Part shown: piece by piece, positions 36,658-47,778 of the stretch | Layout of the letters: each line of letters starts with the position of its first letter | Position numbering within the stretch: position 1 is the first letter of the stretch | Source: Candidatus Omnitrophota bacterium | Lineage (GTDB): Bacteria; Omnitrophota; Gorgyraeia; Pluralincolimonadales; Pluralincolimonadaceae | DNA length: 64,000 nucleotides | Direction: 5' to 3' | NCBI GenBank assembly: GCA_028716565.1 | Contig: JAQUPL010000001.1 | Span: 473,476 to 537,475 of the forward strand | Notes under the pieces: generated by a model | The model's input: the letters and a program-made list of their open reading frames with translations, nothing else | What the model was told of the DNA's origin: nothing | Database searches by the model: none | Made by a program: the position numbers and the translations under genes

Positions 36658-38103
36658 CTAAGGCCATAATAAGGCCTTATTCCTGCCCGCTTCTTTCGCC
36701 TTGTAAAGGGCCTGGTCAGCCCGGTCTATGAGCGTCGCCACGTCCTCACCGGTCTCCGGGAAAGTCGCCACGCCTATGCTTATCGTCATCGATATCGTCT
36801 CGTCATAAGCCCTGAATTTATGCTTTTCCACGGACATCCTTATCCTGTCGGCGACATTGAGCGCAGAATTCTTGTCGGTATCAGGCAGCGCTATCACGAA
36901 CTCCTCACCGCCGTATCTTCCGATGAGGTCGACCTGCCGCACGTATTCCTTCATTATCCTGGATATCTCCTTGAGGACGATATCCCCTACGAGGTGTCCG
37001 TAAGTATCGTTGCACTGCTTGAAATGGTCAAGGTCGATCATGAGGAGCGAAAGCTTGAGGTTGTGCCTCTTGGAGCGCGCCACCTCTTCGTTCAGCCTCT
37101 CTATAAAATGCCGCCTCACGTATATCCCGGTCAGGCCGTCGGTTATCGCGAGCTCCTGGACCTTCTCGTACAGGTTTGCCTTCTTGAGCTCCAGCGCAAG
37201 CTGTTTTGCGAGAATAGAGAAACTCTCGGCATGTTCCTCATCAATTCCCCGTATCGCGAGGATCCCTAACGGCTCCCCTTCCGAAAGCAACGGCAGCGCG
37301 ATAAAGGACCTGCCCGCGTCGCCGAGGTAAGGGGCAAAAGGATGGCCCTTATCGATGGGCGCTTTGAGCGATATTATCTCCTTGCCGGCGGAAACCATTT
37401 CCGCAAGGAGATGGTCGAACTTGTCGGGCGGCCCGCTGCGGATCTCGCCTGAAGAGAGCTTTCCGGTAGAGGGATTATGTATCTCGTAAGTCACCCGGGC
37501 CGTAGATCTCTTGTGGGATTCTTCAAGCAATATGACCCTAGCGGTAACGAATCTGGAGATCTTGCTGATCGCCTCCCTGAATATCCTGAGCATATCTCCC
37601 GTATCCAGGGACGCGCTCATCTTCTTGGTAACCTCATAAAGATCGAGGATATCATGGACCTGGTTCTGCAGCGAGGCATTCAGGTCCTTCAGCGACTTAA
37701 GCTCCGCGGTGAACTCGTCAAACGATTTTTTCCCGTCGGAAAGCGATGAATTTTTTGAGGCGAAATACCCGGCGTATTTATTATTGAAATAAGAGGGGAT
37801 GAGCGGGACGGTATTCAAGAACACTATCGAGGCAAAATAGGGCAACTCGAATCCCCTGTTAAATAACATCAAGACTAAAGTGAATGCGGTGACGCAGCCG
37901 GTTATCATATATGATACGGCCAACCCGAACTCAAAGGCCGCGGCTATTACCGCTATAAGGGAGAAATTAAGCGTGAAGATATATATGTGCGCCGGCCTGC
38001 CGATGCAGTAAAGCGGAGGTATAAGAGCCAGTATGAAGAATACGGGCAGGACCCCTCTTTTGGAAAGGCCCCATCTTTTCGGGGAGATATTCAGGCGAGG
38101 CAT
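36658..38103 (-). CDS. Membrane-anchored GAF-GGDEF diguanylate cyclase
   Basis: 481 aa. N-terminal multi-TM block. GAF-like middle region. RYGGEEF active site with an upstream RQVD I-site. Confidence 0.8.
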   Translation of the reverse strand: MPRLNISPKRWGLSKRGVLPVFFILALIPPLYCIGRPAHIYIFTLNFSLIAVIAAAFEFGLAVSYMITGCVTAFTLVLMLFNRGFELPYFASIVFLNTVPLIPSYFNNKYAGYFASKNSSLSDGKKSFDEFTAELKSLKDLNASLQNQVHDILDLYEVTKKMSASLDTGDMLRIFREAISKISRFVTARVILLEESHKRSTARVTYEIHNPSTGKLSSGEIRSGPPDKFDHLLAEMVSAGKEIISLKAPIDKGHPFAPYLGDAGRSFIALPLLSEGEPLGILAIRGIDEEHAESFSILAKQLALELKKANLYEKVQELAITDGLTGIYVRRHFIERLNEEVARSKRHNLKLSLLMIDLDHFKQCNDTYGHLVGDIVLKEISRIMKEYVRQVDLIGRYGGEEFVIALPDTDKNSALNVADRIRMSVEKHKFRAYDETISMTISIGVATFPETGEDVATLIDRADQALYKAKEAGRNKALLWP

Positions 38104-39587
38104 ACCTTGTTGCCTCCGTTCTTTTTGGCCTCATAAAGGGCCGCGTCAGCAGACCTGATGATCTCATCCCTCGATACCGCATCTTCGGGCACCCCGGCGC
38201 AGCCGATCGAAACCGTGACATGAGTCTCAACCTGCCTCAGGATGAACTTCTCGCCTTCTATCTTTTTCCGTACCTCCTCGCCGAGCCTCTGCGCCGCGGC
38301 CTTGTCCTTTCCGAAGAGAACGATGACGAATTCTTCTCCGCCGTACCTGGCCGCGATATCGCCGGGCTCCAGGGAACCTTTGAGCAGGCCTCCGATCGAC
38401 TTAAGGACTATATCCCCTGCGATATGGCCGTATTTGTCGTTATAGCCCTTGAACCCGTCTATATCGAACATAAGCAGCGAGAGCGGTTGTTTTATCCGGA
38501 CCGCTTTTACAATATCCTCCGCCATCCTCTCCTTGAAATATCTCTGGCAGTAGAGCCCGGTCAACCCGTCGCTTATTGCGAGCTCTTCTATGCGGTGGTA
38601 GAGTTTCGAGTTTTCCAGCGCGATAGCTGCAAGGTCGGAGATGATAGTGAGCAGCCTCAGGTCATCGGATATGTAAGCCTCGGCCTCCCTGCTTTCGACC
38701 CGCAGGATGCCGATGACCTTCTTCTCGGAAATAAGCGGGGCGGCTATCAGGGACTTGAAACCCCTCCTGAACTCGACGGGTATCAGGTCGAGGTTGAACC
38801 TGAAATCCTTATCCGCGTCTGATACCATGAGCGGCTGCCTCTGCTTCAAGACCCAGATATCGAAGATATCGCCCTTTTTCGATTTAACGGATACCGCCCC
38901 TTCCTTGCCCCTGACAGCTTTAAGGGCCAGCTCGCGGGCTTCCTCATCGACCAAAAAGAGGATGCAGGCATCCGCCTTCTCGACCAGATCGCAAACGTTG
39001 TCTATGACTATGTTAACCACCGAATCAAGGGATAATGTCGAACTGAGCTTGCTTGTCAGTTCCTTGAGCGTAGCGTACCTTACGACTTTTTCCTTGAGGG
39101 CGTCATTCGCCCCTTTCGTATAGGCATATTCGGCCTCGATCGCGTTCTTCTCCTCCTCAAGGGTATCGATCTGCCTGTCTATGGAAAGGGCACGCGTGAC
39201 CATGCTGTTCTTAAAGATAGTGACAAAGAGCCCGACGGCGAAAAAAATTAATATCTGCATGTTCATATTCGGAGTGTGGATGTTATTACCGGCGGAGATC
39301 CCGGCTGCGGCGGTCGCATTAACGACAGTGGTTATGTTGGTATTGGTGACGAGCGATACGAAAAGCGTGATTACCGAGGAGAGCGCTATGAATATCCAGA
39401 GGCCCCATTCGCCGAAAGCGACCCATGCCAGAAGGATGATGACATTAAGGAGTATGATAAGGGAGCTGATCAGCCCGTAGACCCAATATTGGACCGGGAA
39501 CCGGTGGCAGGCCGAGATTATCAGAGAGGAAACGAGGAGAAAACCTGCTATCGCAAGTATTCCTGAAACCAGCTTTTCCTTTTTCAA
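38091..39587 (-). CDS. Membrane-anchored GAF-GGDEF diguanylate cyclase (tandem paralog)
   Basis: 498 aa. N-terminal TM block. GAF. ARYGGEEF. I could not see an RxxD I-site. Confidence 0.8.
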   Translation of the reverse strand: MKKEKLVSGILAIAGFLLVSSLIISACHRFPVQYWVYGLISSLIILLNVIILLAWVAFGEWGLWIFIALSSVITLFVSLVTNTNITTVVNATAAAGISAGNNIHTPNMNMQILIFFAVGLFVTIFKNSMVTRALSIDRQIDTLEEEKNAIEAEYAYTKGANDALKEKVVRYATLKELTSKLSSTLSLDSVVNIVIDNVCDLVEKADACILFLVDEEARELALKAVRGKEGAVSVKSKKGDIFDIWVLKQRQPLMVSDADKDFRFNLDLIPVEFRRGFKSLIAAPLISEKKVIGILRVESREAEAYISDDLRLLTIISDLAAIALENSKLYHRIEELAISDGLTGLYCQRYFKERMAEDIVKAVRIKQPLSLLMFDIDGFKGYNDKYGHIAGDIVLKSIGGLLKGSLEPGDIAARYGGEEFVIVLFGKDKAAAQRLGEEVRKKIEGEKFILRQVETHVTVSIGCAGVPEDAVSRDEIIRSADAALYEAKKNGGNKVCLA

Positions 39588-39588
39588 A

Positions 39589-40692
<1,104 letters not shown>

Positions 40693-40721
40693 TTGAACCT
40701 CCTTGAGGTAGATTTAAGTCA

Positions 40722-40750
40722 ATGATACTACGGAAGTTAACTACTGTCAA
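40722..40750 (-). promoter_or_regulatory. Sigma70-type promoter TTGACA-N17-TATCAT plus AAGGAGG RBS upstream of the MalK-like gene
   Basis: On the minus strand TTGACA is the reverse complement of 40745..40750 and TATCAT of 40722..40727. AAGGAGG lies 6 nt before the ATG at 40692. Confidence 0.45.
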
Positions 40751-41583
40751 GTCAAGTAATCTATGACCTGGGCAATGCCGGATTTAAGGTTCTTCCTGTG
40801 GATAATCATGTCCAAAAGTCCGTGCTCCAGGAGGAATTCAGAACGCTGGAAGCCGGGCGGCAGTTTCTGCCTGATCGTCTGCTCTATTACGCGCGGGCCG
40901 GTAAAGCCTATCAGCGCCTTGGGCTCCGCCATTATTATATCGCCCAGCGACGCGAAGCTCGCCATGACGCCCGCCATCGTGGGGTTGGTCAGGATAGAAA
41001 TATACGGTACGCCTGCCTCATGAAGCTTCGCTATAGCGGCAGACGTTTTTGCCATCTGCATAAGGGAGAAGAGGCCTTCATACATCCGCGCGCCCCCGCC
41101 CGAACCGGAGACGATGACAAGGGGCAACCTCAGGTTTGTGGCCAGTTCGGTCGCCCTGGCTATCTTCTCTCCCACTACCGAACCCATCGAACCCATTATG
41201 AAACGTGAATCCGTGACGACAAATATTACCCTTTTGCCCTCTATCATGCCCCTGCCGCTGATGCAGGCCTCGGAAAGGCCGGTATCGGCCGCGTCCTGCT
41301 TCAATTTTTCCTCGTACGTCCTCGGCCCTTTGAACTGGAGCGGATCCATAGACCTTAAACCGGCGTCGCGTTCCTCGAAACTGCCGGCGTCCAGGAGCAT
41401 CACTATCCTCTCCTGTGCGGTAAGGACGAAATGGTAGCTGCACCTGGGACATACCTTCATGTTCTCCTCAAGGGCCTTGTTGTAGATTATCTCGCCGCAT
41501 TCCTCGCACTTGGTCCAGAGGCCTTCGGGTATATCCTTTTTCTTGGCGACTTTTACTATTGTGTATTTCGATCTTCCGAACAT
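40747..41583 (-). CDS. accD: Acetyl-CoA carboxylase carboxyltransferase subunit beta
   Basis: 278 aa. N-terminal zinc ribbon CEECGEI...CPRC. Carboxyltransferase core. Confidence 0.85.
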   Translation of the reverse strand: MFGRSKYTIVKVAKKKDIPEGLWTKCEECGEIIYNKALEENMKVCPRCSYHFVLTAQERIVMLLDAGSFEERDAGLRSMDPLQFKGPRTYEEKLKQDAADTGLSEACISGRGMIEGKRVIFVVTDSRFIMGSMGSVVGEKIARATELATNLRLPLVIVSGSGGGARMYEGLFSLMQMAKTSAAIAKLHEAGVPYISILTNPTMAGVMASFASLGDIIMAEPKALIGFTGPRVIEQTIRQKLPPGFQRSEFLLEHGLLDMIIHRKNLKSGIAQVIDYLT

Positions 41584-41586
41584 ATT

Positions 41587-42873
41587 TTAGGTTATCTTGT
41601 TTATTACCAGACCCGAAGGGGGTTTGGGATAGAAATACGTGGTCTTGTGGGGCATCCTCTCCTGCCGCTTGACTATATTTTTTATCTCATCGAGCGCGGG
41701 AGGGCTTAGGAAGAACGCCGCCCTGCCTTTGCCCGGGGCCGCCCATTCCAACGCGGCCCTTGGGTCGCGCGTGAACGATATCCTTCTCTCGGCCTCTTTC
41801 CCCCTAATGCCCAACGCCTTATCAAAGACGAGACGGTGCAAAACCACGACGTCCAGGTTCTTCCAATAATCGGAGTTCGCGGATTTGATCAGGCCGCCTG
41901 CATCCCTGCGCTTAAGCGACAGGCAGAGATAATCCCTGCCGCCCAGGTAGACGCCTATGGTATGCTTCCTGTCCGCCTTCATCATGGCGAACATCTTCTC
42001 TTTGCCGTCCAGGTGTATTATATCAAAAAACTTTTTGATTTTATCGATATTTTTTCGGAACGAGCCTGCAGGGAGCCCCTCGACCATGCGGTGGGTCGGG
42101 AGGATCGTAAGCCCTGAGGGGTCTGAGGTCGCAAAATACATCATCACATAATCCAGGGCGGCAGGGCCGGCTGCCTTGCCGTGACTGCGCATGTAGTCCC
42201 TGTATTCGAGGGAGACTTCGTAGCGGTGGTGGCCGTCGGCTATAAGCGCGCGCTTGCTCTTCACCGACCTTTGCAGCTTTCTTATCGCCGCCGCCTCGGA
42301 CATAAGCCAGATCCTGTTCCTCGTCCCCTCGAACCTGACATCGACCGCGGGCCTGTTCTTTTTTATGAAATCCCTCAGGATGTTCATCACCTTTTTATTC
42401 TCGTCGATCACTATGGAGAATATCGGGCTGAGGTTTGCGCCGGTCTCCTTCATGAGGTTTAGCCTGTCGAGTTTCGGGCCCCTGAAAGTCCGCTCATGCG
42501 GCAGGAATCCCTTCGTGCGGTCTTCTTCCAGCCTCGCCAGGGATATAAAACCAAGGCGGTGCCTTTTCCTGCCGCCATCCGCATATTCCTGGTCGTATAT
42601 ATAGACCGATTCCCTGGGGTCCCTGACGAGGATGCCTTTATCTATCCACTCCTCCAGAAAGTCCCCGGCTCTCGCGTATCTGTTATTTCTATTATTATCC
42701 TTCGGAAAGGTCTTGCCCAGGTCGAGCCTGATGAAGTTGTAAGGATGGTTTTTATAATACGACGCCTGTTGTTCCTTGTTTATGACGTCGTATGGCGGAG
42801 TAATGGCCTTGGAGAGAATGCCCACGGTTTTAGGATCGTACCTGTAGCCTCTGAAGGGTTTGATTATTGTCAT
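41587..42873 (-). CDS. DUF1015 family protein
   Basis: 428 aa. FRGYRYDP N-terminus and ADGHHRY motif typical of DUF1015. Confidence 0.6.
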   Translation of the reverse strand: MTIIKPFRGYRYDPKTVGILSKAITPPYDVINKEQQASYYKNHPYNFIRLDLGKTFPKDNNRNNRYARAGDFLEEWIDKGILVRDPRESVYIYDQEYADGGRKRHRLGFISLARLEEDRTKGFLPHERTFRGPKLDRLNLMKETGANLSPIFSIVIDENKKVMNILRDFIKKNRPAVDVRFEGTRNRIWLMSEAAAIRKLQRSVKSKRALIADGHHRYEVSLEYRDYMRSHGKAAGPAALDYVMMYFATSDPSGLTILPTHRMVEGLPAGSFRKNIDKIKKFFDIIHLDGKEKMFAMMKADRKHTIGVYLGGRDYLCLSLKRRDAGGLIKSANSDYWKNLDVVVLHRLVFDKALGIRGKEAERRISFTRDPRAALEWAAPGKGRAAFFLSPPALDEIKNIVKRQERMPHKTTYFYPKPPSGLVINKIT

Positions 42874-42895
42874 TTTCTGGAGATTATATCACAAA

Positions 42896-44053
42896 TCACC
42901 TGAAAAAACTCTTTAATTTTCTTATGAAAGAGGCGGATTTAGGGAAAGTGTTTTCCCCGGATGCGCGGCCGAATTCCTGGAGCATGCGCTTCTGGGAGTC
43001 GCTTGTTACGGTCGGAGTCTCGACGATGACGCGGACGTGCTCGTCGCCGCGTACGCCGGTATGGATGTCTTTTATGCCCTTATCCCTCAGCCTGAATATC
43101 TTGCCGCTCTGCGTGCCGGCCGGGACTTTCATCCGGACTTTGCCGTCTAGGGTCGGGACCTCGACCTCTGTCCCGAGCGCCGCATCAACCATGGATATCG
43201 GGACCTCGCAAAGGATGTCGCTGCCGTGGCGTTCGAAGATCTCGTGGGGCCTGACATAGATGAGGACATAGAGGTCGCCGCGCTGTCCGCCGCGCTGTCC
43301 TACTTCTCCTTCGCCGGCGACTCGCAGCCTCATTCCGTTCTCGATGCCGGCCGGGATCTTCACGGTTATCTTCCTGTCGACGACTATCCTGCCGGCGCCC
43401 CTGCATTTAGGACAGGGCTTTGTTATGATGGACCCTTCTCCGCCGCACTTATCGCATGCCCGCGAGAAGATCATGAACCCCTGGGACGATTGCACCTGCC
43501 CCGCGCCGCCGCATTTCGAACAAGTCGTCCTCGACGAACCGGGAGCCGTGCCCTCGCCCCTGCAGCCAGGGCACACTTCATGCCGCGGTATGACAAAATC
43601 TTTCGCCGCGCCGGTTGCGGCCTCGTTAAAACTTATCTCCATGTCGAACTGGAGGTCGGATCCGCGTCGCCTGCCGGCTGCGCGCCCGCGCCTGCCGCCG
43701 AAGATCCCCCCGCCGAATATCCCTCCGAGCAGGTCCTCGAGGTCGACGCCTCCCATACCCATGTCTTCAAACACGCTGGAAAAATCCGCGCCGCGGAAGA
43801 TATCTTCGGAGGTGTAGCGCGAATCTATGCCGGAATGGCCGAACTGGTCGTACTGCGAGCGTTTCTGCGGGTCGGAGAGAACAGCATACGCTTCGGAGAG
43901 TTCCTTGAACTTCTCTTCCGCCACATGCTTGTCGGTCGGGTTCCTGTCCGGATGATATTTGAGCGCCAGCCTGCGGTAGGCGGTCTTTATCTCGTCGGCT
44001 GAGGCGCTCTTCTGTACGCCCAGTATTTCATAATAATCGCGTTTGTCTGCCAT
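42896..44053 (-). CDS. dnaJ: Molecular chaperone DnaJ
   Basis: 385 aa. J-domain with HPD (YHPDRNP). G/F-rich region. Four CxxCxGxG zinc-finger repeats. Confidence 0.9.
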   Translation of the reverse strand: MADKRDYYEILGVQKSASADEIKTAYRRLALKYHPDRNPTDKHVAEEKFKELSEAYAVLSDPQKRSQYDQFGHSGIDSRYTSEDIFRGADFSSVFEDMGMGGVDLEDLLGGIFGGGIFGGRRGRAAGRRRGSDLQFDMEISFNEAATGAAKDFVIPRHEVCPGCRGEGTAPGSSRTTCSKCGGAGQVQSSQGFMIFSRACDKCGGEGSIITKPCPKCRGAGRIVVDRKITVKIPAGIENGMRLRVAGEGEVGQRGGQRGDLYVLIYVRPHEIFERHGSDILCEVPISMVDAALGTEVEVPTLDGKVRMKVPAGTQSGKIFRLRDKGIKDIHTGVRGDEHVRVIVETPTVTSDSQKRMLQEFGRASGENTFPKSASFIRKLKSFFR

Positions 44054-44072
44054 AATATAGATAAACTAGATC

Positions 44073-44172
44073 CCCTGAAATTTAAGTTTCGTTTGGCCTT
44101 ATTTATTACTCGCAATAACCGTTACTCTACTGCGTCATAAACCGGCTCTGCGCGATACATTAAATTTCAGGG
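44073..44172. repeat. Perfect 13-bp inverted repeat (CCCTGAAATTTAA / TTAAATTTCAGGG) with a 74-nt spacer, filling the dnaK-dnaJ intergenic region
   Basis: Arms are at 44073..44085 and 44160..44172 and are exact reverse complements. The promoter-proximal arm carries the only G-rich stretch ahead of the dnaJ ATG. Confidence 0.6.
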
Positions 44173-44184
44173 TAACCTGTGTAT

Positions 44185-46146
44185 TTACTTTTTCCTTTTA
44201 TCTTTATCCTCGTCCTCGGCGCGGAAATCGGCGTCGATGATGTCGTCCTTCTTGCCGCCCGGGCCGCCTTCTTCAGGGCCTGTCTCAGGGCCGCCTGTCG
44301 GGCCGCCCTGCGGCTCTTCCGGTCCGGCCTGCGGGCCTTCTTGGCCCCCGCTGGGGCCGCCTGGCTGTCCCTTCTGCTGGCTCGACTTGTATATTTCTTC
44401 CGCCAGTTTATATGATGCCTGCTGTAGGCTCTCCATCAATTTCTTGATGCGGTCGACGTTCTTGTCTTTAATCGCCTGCTTCAGGTCGTTAAGTCCGGTC
44501 TCGATGTTCGCCCTGTCCTGCTGGCTTACTTTATCGCCGTAATCCTTCAGTGATTTCTCGGTGGTGTAGACGAGGTTATCGGCCTGGTTGACGACCTCGA
44601 CCTCTTCCTTCTTCTTTGTATCTTCGGAAGCAAACTTCTCGGCTTCCTTGACCATCCTGTCGATCTCTTCTTTCGAGAGCTTCTTCGGAGCCGTGATCTT
44701 TATCGACTGTTCTTTACCGGTGCCGACGTCTTTCGCGTTGACGTGCACGATGCCGTTAGCGTCGATATCGAACGTTACCTCGATCTTCGGCATGCCCCTT
44801 GGAGCGGGCGGTATGCCGACCAGGTCGAAACGCCCCAGCTCGACGTTATCATTAGCCATCGGACGCTCGCCCTGCAATACGCGGATCGTGACGGACGGCT
44901 GATTATCCTGCGCCGTGGAGAATGTCTGGCTCTGGCGCGTAGGTATGGTCGTGTTCCTTTCGATCAATTTCGTCATTACTGAACCTAAAGTCTCGATGCC
45001 CAGTGAAAGCGGCGTGACATCAAGCAGCTGTATGTCTTTTATCTCGCCCTTTAACGCGGCGGCCTGTATCGCGGCGCCCAAAGCGACGCACTCCATCGGG
45101 TCGACCCCGCGCTCTATCTTTTTTCCGACATAATCCTCGACAAACTTCTGGATTATCGGCATCCTCGTTGGTCCGCCGACAAGTATGACCCTGGAGATGT
45201 CGTTCATCGTAAGTTTAGCGTCTTTTACCGCGTTCTCCATCGGGGCGCGGCACCTGTCTACTATCGGTGAGATCAGGTCCTCGAGCTTCGCGCGGGTTAT
45301 CGTGTGGGTGAAATGTTTCGGCCCTGACGCGTCGGCCGTGATGAACGGCAGGTTGATGTCGGTCTGCACGGTGCTCGAAAGCTCCACTTTGGCTTTTTCC
45401 GCAGCCTCGCGCAATCTCTGTATCGCCATCTTGTCGTTCTTTAAGTCGATGCCTGTCTCGCGTTTGAACGCACCTACGAGATAATCTATCAGTGCGTTAT
45501 CCATGTCGGTCCCGCCCAACTGCGTGTCGCCGTTGGTGGACAAGACCTCGAAACCGCTCGCCTTCTGCTCCTTGTCATACCACATCTCCATGATGGTGAC
45601 GTCGAGCGTGCCGCCGCCGAGGTCGAAGACCATTATTTTCATCTCTTTTTCGGCCTTGTCGATGCCGTATGCCAGGCATGCGGCCGTCGGCTCGTTTATT
45701 ATGCGCAATACTTTCAGGCCCGCGATCTCTCCGGCGTCTTTCGTCGCCTGGCGCTGGTTATCGTTAAAATACGCGGGGCATGTGATCACCGCTTCGCTTA
45801 CGCTGTCGCCCAGGTACGCCTCGGCATCCTGCTTTATTTTCTGCAGTATGAACGCGGATATCTGCTGCGGCGTATAATCCTTGCCGTAAACGCTGAATTT
45901 AAAGTCGGTACCCATCTTGCGCTTTGCGGCCTGTATCGTCCCTTCCGGGTTTATAGCGGCCTGACGGCGCGCCGGCTCGCCTACGAGCCTCTGCCCGTCC
46001 TTGGTGAATGCCACATAAGACGGGAATGCTTTTCCGCTCGCCACTCCCGCGCCTTCTGCCGACGGGATTATCGCCGGACGGTCGCCTTCCATCACCGCTG
46101 CGGCGGAGTTCGATGTACCTAAGTCTATTCCTATCGCCTTTGCCAT
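44185..46146 (-). CDS. dnaK: Molecular chaperone DnaK (Hsp70) with Gly/Pro/Glu-rich C-terminal tail
   Basis: 653 aa. [10 protein letters not shown] and DLGGGTLD Hsp70 signatures. Confidence 0.95.
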   Translation of the reverse strand: MAKAIGIDLGTSNSAAAVMEGDRPAIIPSAEGAGVASGKAFPSYVAFTKDGQRLVGEPARRQAAINPEGTIQAAKRKMGTDFKFSVYGKDYTPQQISAFILQKIKQDAEAYLGDSVSEAVITCPAYFNDNQRQATKDAGEIAGLKVLRIINEPTAACLAYGIDKAEKEMKIMVFDLGGGTLDVTIMEMWYDKEQKASGFEVLSTNGDTQLGGTDMDNALIDYLVGAFKRETGIDLKNDKMAIQRLREAAEKAKVELSSTVQTDINLPFITADASGPKHFTHTITRAKLEDLISPIVDRCRAPMENAVKDAKLTMNDISRVILVGGPTRMPIIQKFVEDYVGKKIERGVDPMECVALGAAIQAAALKGEIKDIQLLDVTPLSLGIETLGSVMTKLIERNTTIPTRQSQTFSTAQDNQPSVTIRVLQGERPMANDNVELGRFDLVGIPPAPRGMPKIEVTFDIDANGIVHVNAKDVGTGKEQSIKITAPKKLSKEEIDRMVKEAEKFASEDTKKKEEVEVVNQADNLVYTTEKSLKDYGDKVSQQDRANIETGLNDLKQAIKDKNVDRIKKLMESLQQASYKLAEEIYKSSQQKGQPGGPSGGQEGPQAGPEEPQGGPTGGPETGPEEGGPGGKKDDIIDADFRAEDEDKDKRKK

Positions 46147-46147
46147 T

Positions 46148-46678
46148 TTATATTTCCTCCTTATTCTCTTCTTGTTTTTGTTCTTCTTTCTCGTTCGAAA
46201 CCTTGACCGCCGCCGGCCTCAATACCTTGCCGTTCAGTTCATATCCTTTTCTCATCACCTCGAGCACCGTGTTCGCCGGATGGGTAACATCTTCTACATG
46301 CTCTATCGCCTCGTGCTTCTCCGGGTCGAAAGGCTGGCCCACGGGGTCTATCGTCTTCAATCCGCTGTCCTTTAATATCTCCTCAAAATCGTGCCTGACC
46401 ATCTCGATGCCCTGGAGCAGCACCTTCGCGTCATTGGTGTTCTTTGCCGAATCTATCGCGCGCTCGAAATCGTCCATCACCCTCAAGAGTTCCGTGATGA
46501 GCCCCTCGTTCGCGAACTTCAGGAAATCGAGTTTCTCCTTATCCTGCCTCTTTCTGCGGTTATCGTAATCCGCCTGCATCCGCAGCATCTTATCGAGGCA
46601 CTCGTCGGCCTTCGACGCCTTTTCCTTCAGGGCGTTCAGTTCGCTTTCATGGATATGGACTTTCTTATCTTCCGCCAA
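46148..46678 (-). CDS. grpE: Nucleotide exchange factor GrpE
   Basis: 176 aa. Coiled-coil N-terminus. GrpE C-terminal beta domain. Sits in hrcA-grpE-dnaK order. Confidence 0.85.
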   Translation of the reverse strand: MAEDKKVHIHESELNALKEKASKADECLDKMLRMQADYDNRRKRQDKEKLDFLKFANEGLITELLRVMDDFERAIDSAKNTNDAKVLLQGIEMVRHDFEEILKDSGLKTIDPVGQPFDPEKHEAIEHVEDVTHPANTVLEVMRKGYELNGKVLRPAAVKVSNEKEEQKQEENKEEI

Positions 46679-46691
46679 ATGAAGCTCCTTA

Positions 46692-47738
46692 TTATTCGCT
46701 TAATCTCGCCAGAAGCCGGCTGAAGGAATTACTGACGTATTCGACCGCGGGGACAGCCCTTGAATAATCCATGCGGGTAGGCCCTATCACGCCGATGCTT
46801 CCTATGTTCTGGTTCCCGACCTTGTAATTTGAGATCACGATACTGCAATCCCTGATATCCTCGAAAAGATTTTCCGCGCCTATGTGGATGCTCGCCCTCT
46901 CCTCGTTGAGGCCTTGCTCCATTATGCCCAGGATCTCCTCTTCCCCTTCGAGGGCCTTGAGCAACCCCATCACCTTTTCGGCTTCCCTGAATTCGGGCTG
47001 CTCGATTATGTGATGCGCGCCTTCAAGCAGGAACCTCTCCTCGCTCTCGTCAAGTATACGGGACATGTTCAGCAGTTCGGACGCTTCCTTGAAGAGATAC
47101 TGGAACGGGTCGCTCTCGCCGAGGACTTTCCTTAACATATGGCTGCCGATCTCGTTCAATTGCAGGCCGTCCAATTCTTCGTTGAGGAACCTGGACACTT
47201 TGGAAAGTTCCGATTCTTCGATGGCTTCATGCACTTCAAATATGGAATGTTTCACCAGCCCCTGGGCGGTAAACAAAAGCGCGTATATCTTTGTCTTTGT
47301 GGCCGGGATAAGCTCGATCCTCTTGAATGTCCTCCTCTTGGCGCACGGGAAACTTACCAGTGAGGCCTGGCCGGTAAGCTGCGATATGATCTTGGCGGAC
47401 CTCTTTATCAGGTCCTCAAGTTCATCCGCCTCCTGGCTCAATACGCCTTCGACGAATTCCTTTTCATTAGAAGTCAATTGCTTCGGCTCCATTATAGAGT
47501 CGACATAATACCTGTATCCCCTGTCGGTGGGCATCCTGCCGGCAGAAGTATGCGGATGCGTGATGTATCCGGCCTCCTCGAGTTCGGCCATGATATTTCT
47601 TATCGTAGCCGGGCTGAGGCGCTCCCTGAACTTCCTGGAAACGGCTAAAGAACCGACCGGTATAGCGGTGGAAACGTACGAATCCACCACTATCTCCAGA
47701 ATTTTGTTTCTCCTTGAAATTGCGTCACTTACGACCAT
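46692..47738 (-). CDS. hrcA: Heat-inducible transcription repressor HrcA
   Basis: 348 aa. N-terminal wHTH. Sits in the operon context with a CIRCE directly upstream. AGGAG RBS. Confidence 0.85.
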   Translation of the reverse strand: MVVSDAISRRNKILEIVVDSYVSTAIPVGSLAVSRKFRERLSPATIRNIMAELEEAGYITHPHTSAGRMPTDRGYRYYVDSIMEPKQLTSNEKEFVEGVLSQEADELEDLIKRSAKIISQLTGQASLVSFPCAKRRTFKRIELIPATKTKIYALLFTAQGLVKHSIFEVHEAIEESELSKVSRFLNEELDGLQLNEIGSHMLRKVLGESDPFQYLFKEASELLNMSRILDESEERFLLEGAHHIIEQPEFREAEKVMGLLKALEGEEEILGIMEQGLNEERASIHIGAENLFEDIRDCSIVISNYKVGNQNIGSIGVIGPTRMDYSRAVPAVEYVSNSFSRLLARLSE

Positions 47739-47751
47739 ATCGAACTCCTAA

Positions 47752-47778
47752 TTAGCACTCTTTTGGGATGAGTGCTAA
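47752..47778. promoter_or_regulatory. CIRCE operator (HrcA binding site): TTAGCACTC-N9-GAGTGCTAA, a perfect match to consensus
   Basis: The sequence ttagcactc ttttgggat gagtgctaa lies 14 nt upstream of the hrcA ATG. Confidence 0.9.

Noticed and set aside
36661-36680. Hairpin AAGGCC-ATAATAA-GGCCTT near the GGDEF gene 3' end. Possible terminator.
   Set aside because: It lies at or inside the stop region of the coding sequence and is not followed by a U-tract on the transcribed strand. The 6-bp stem is weak.
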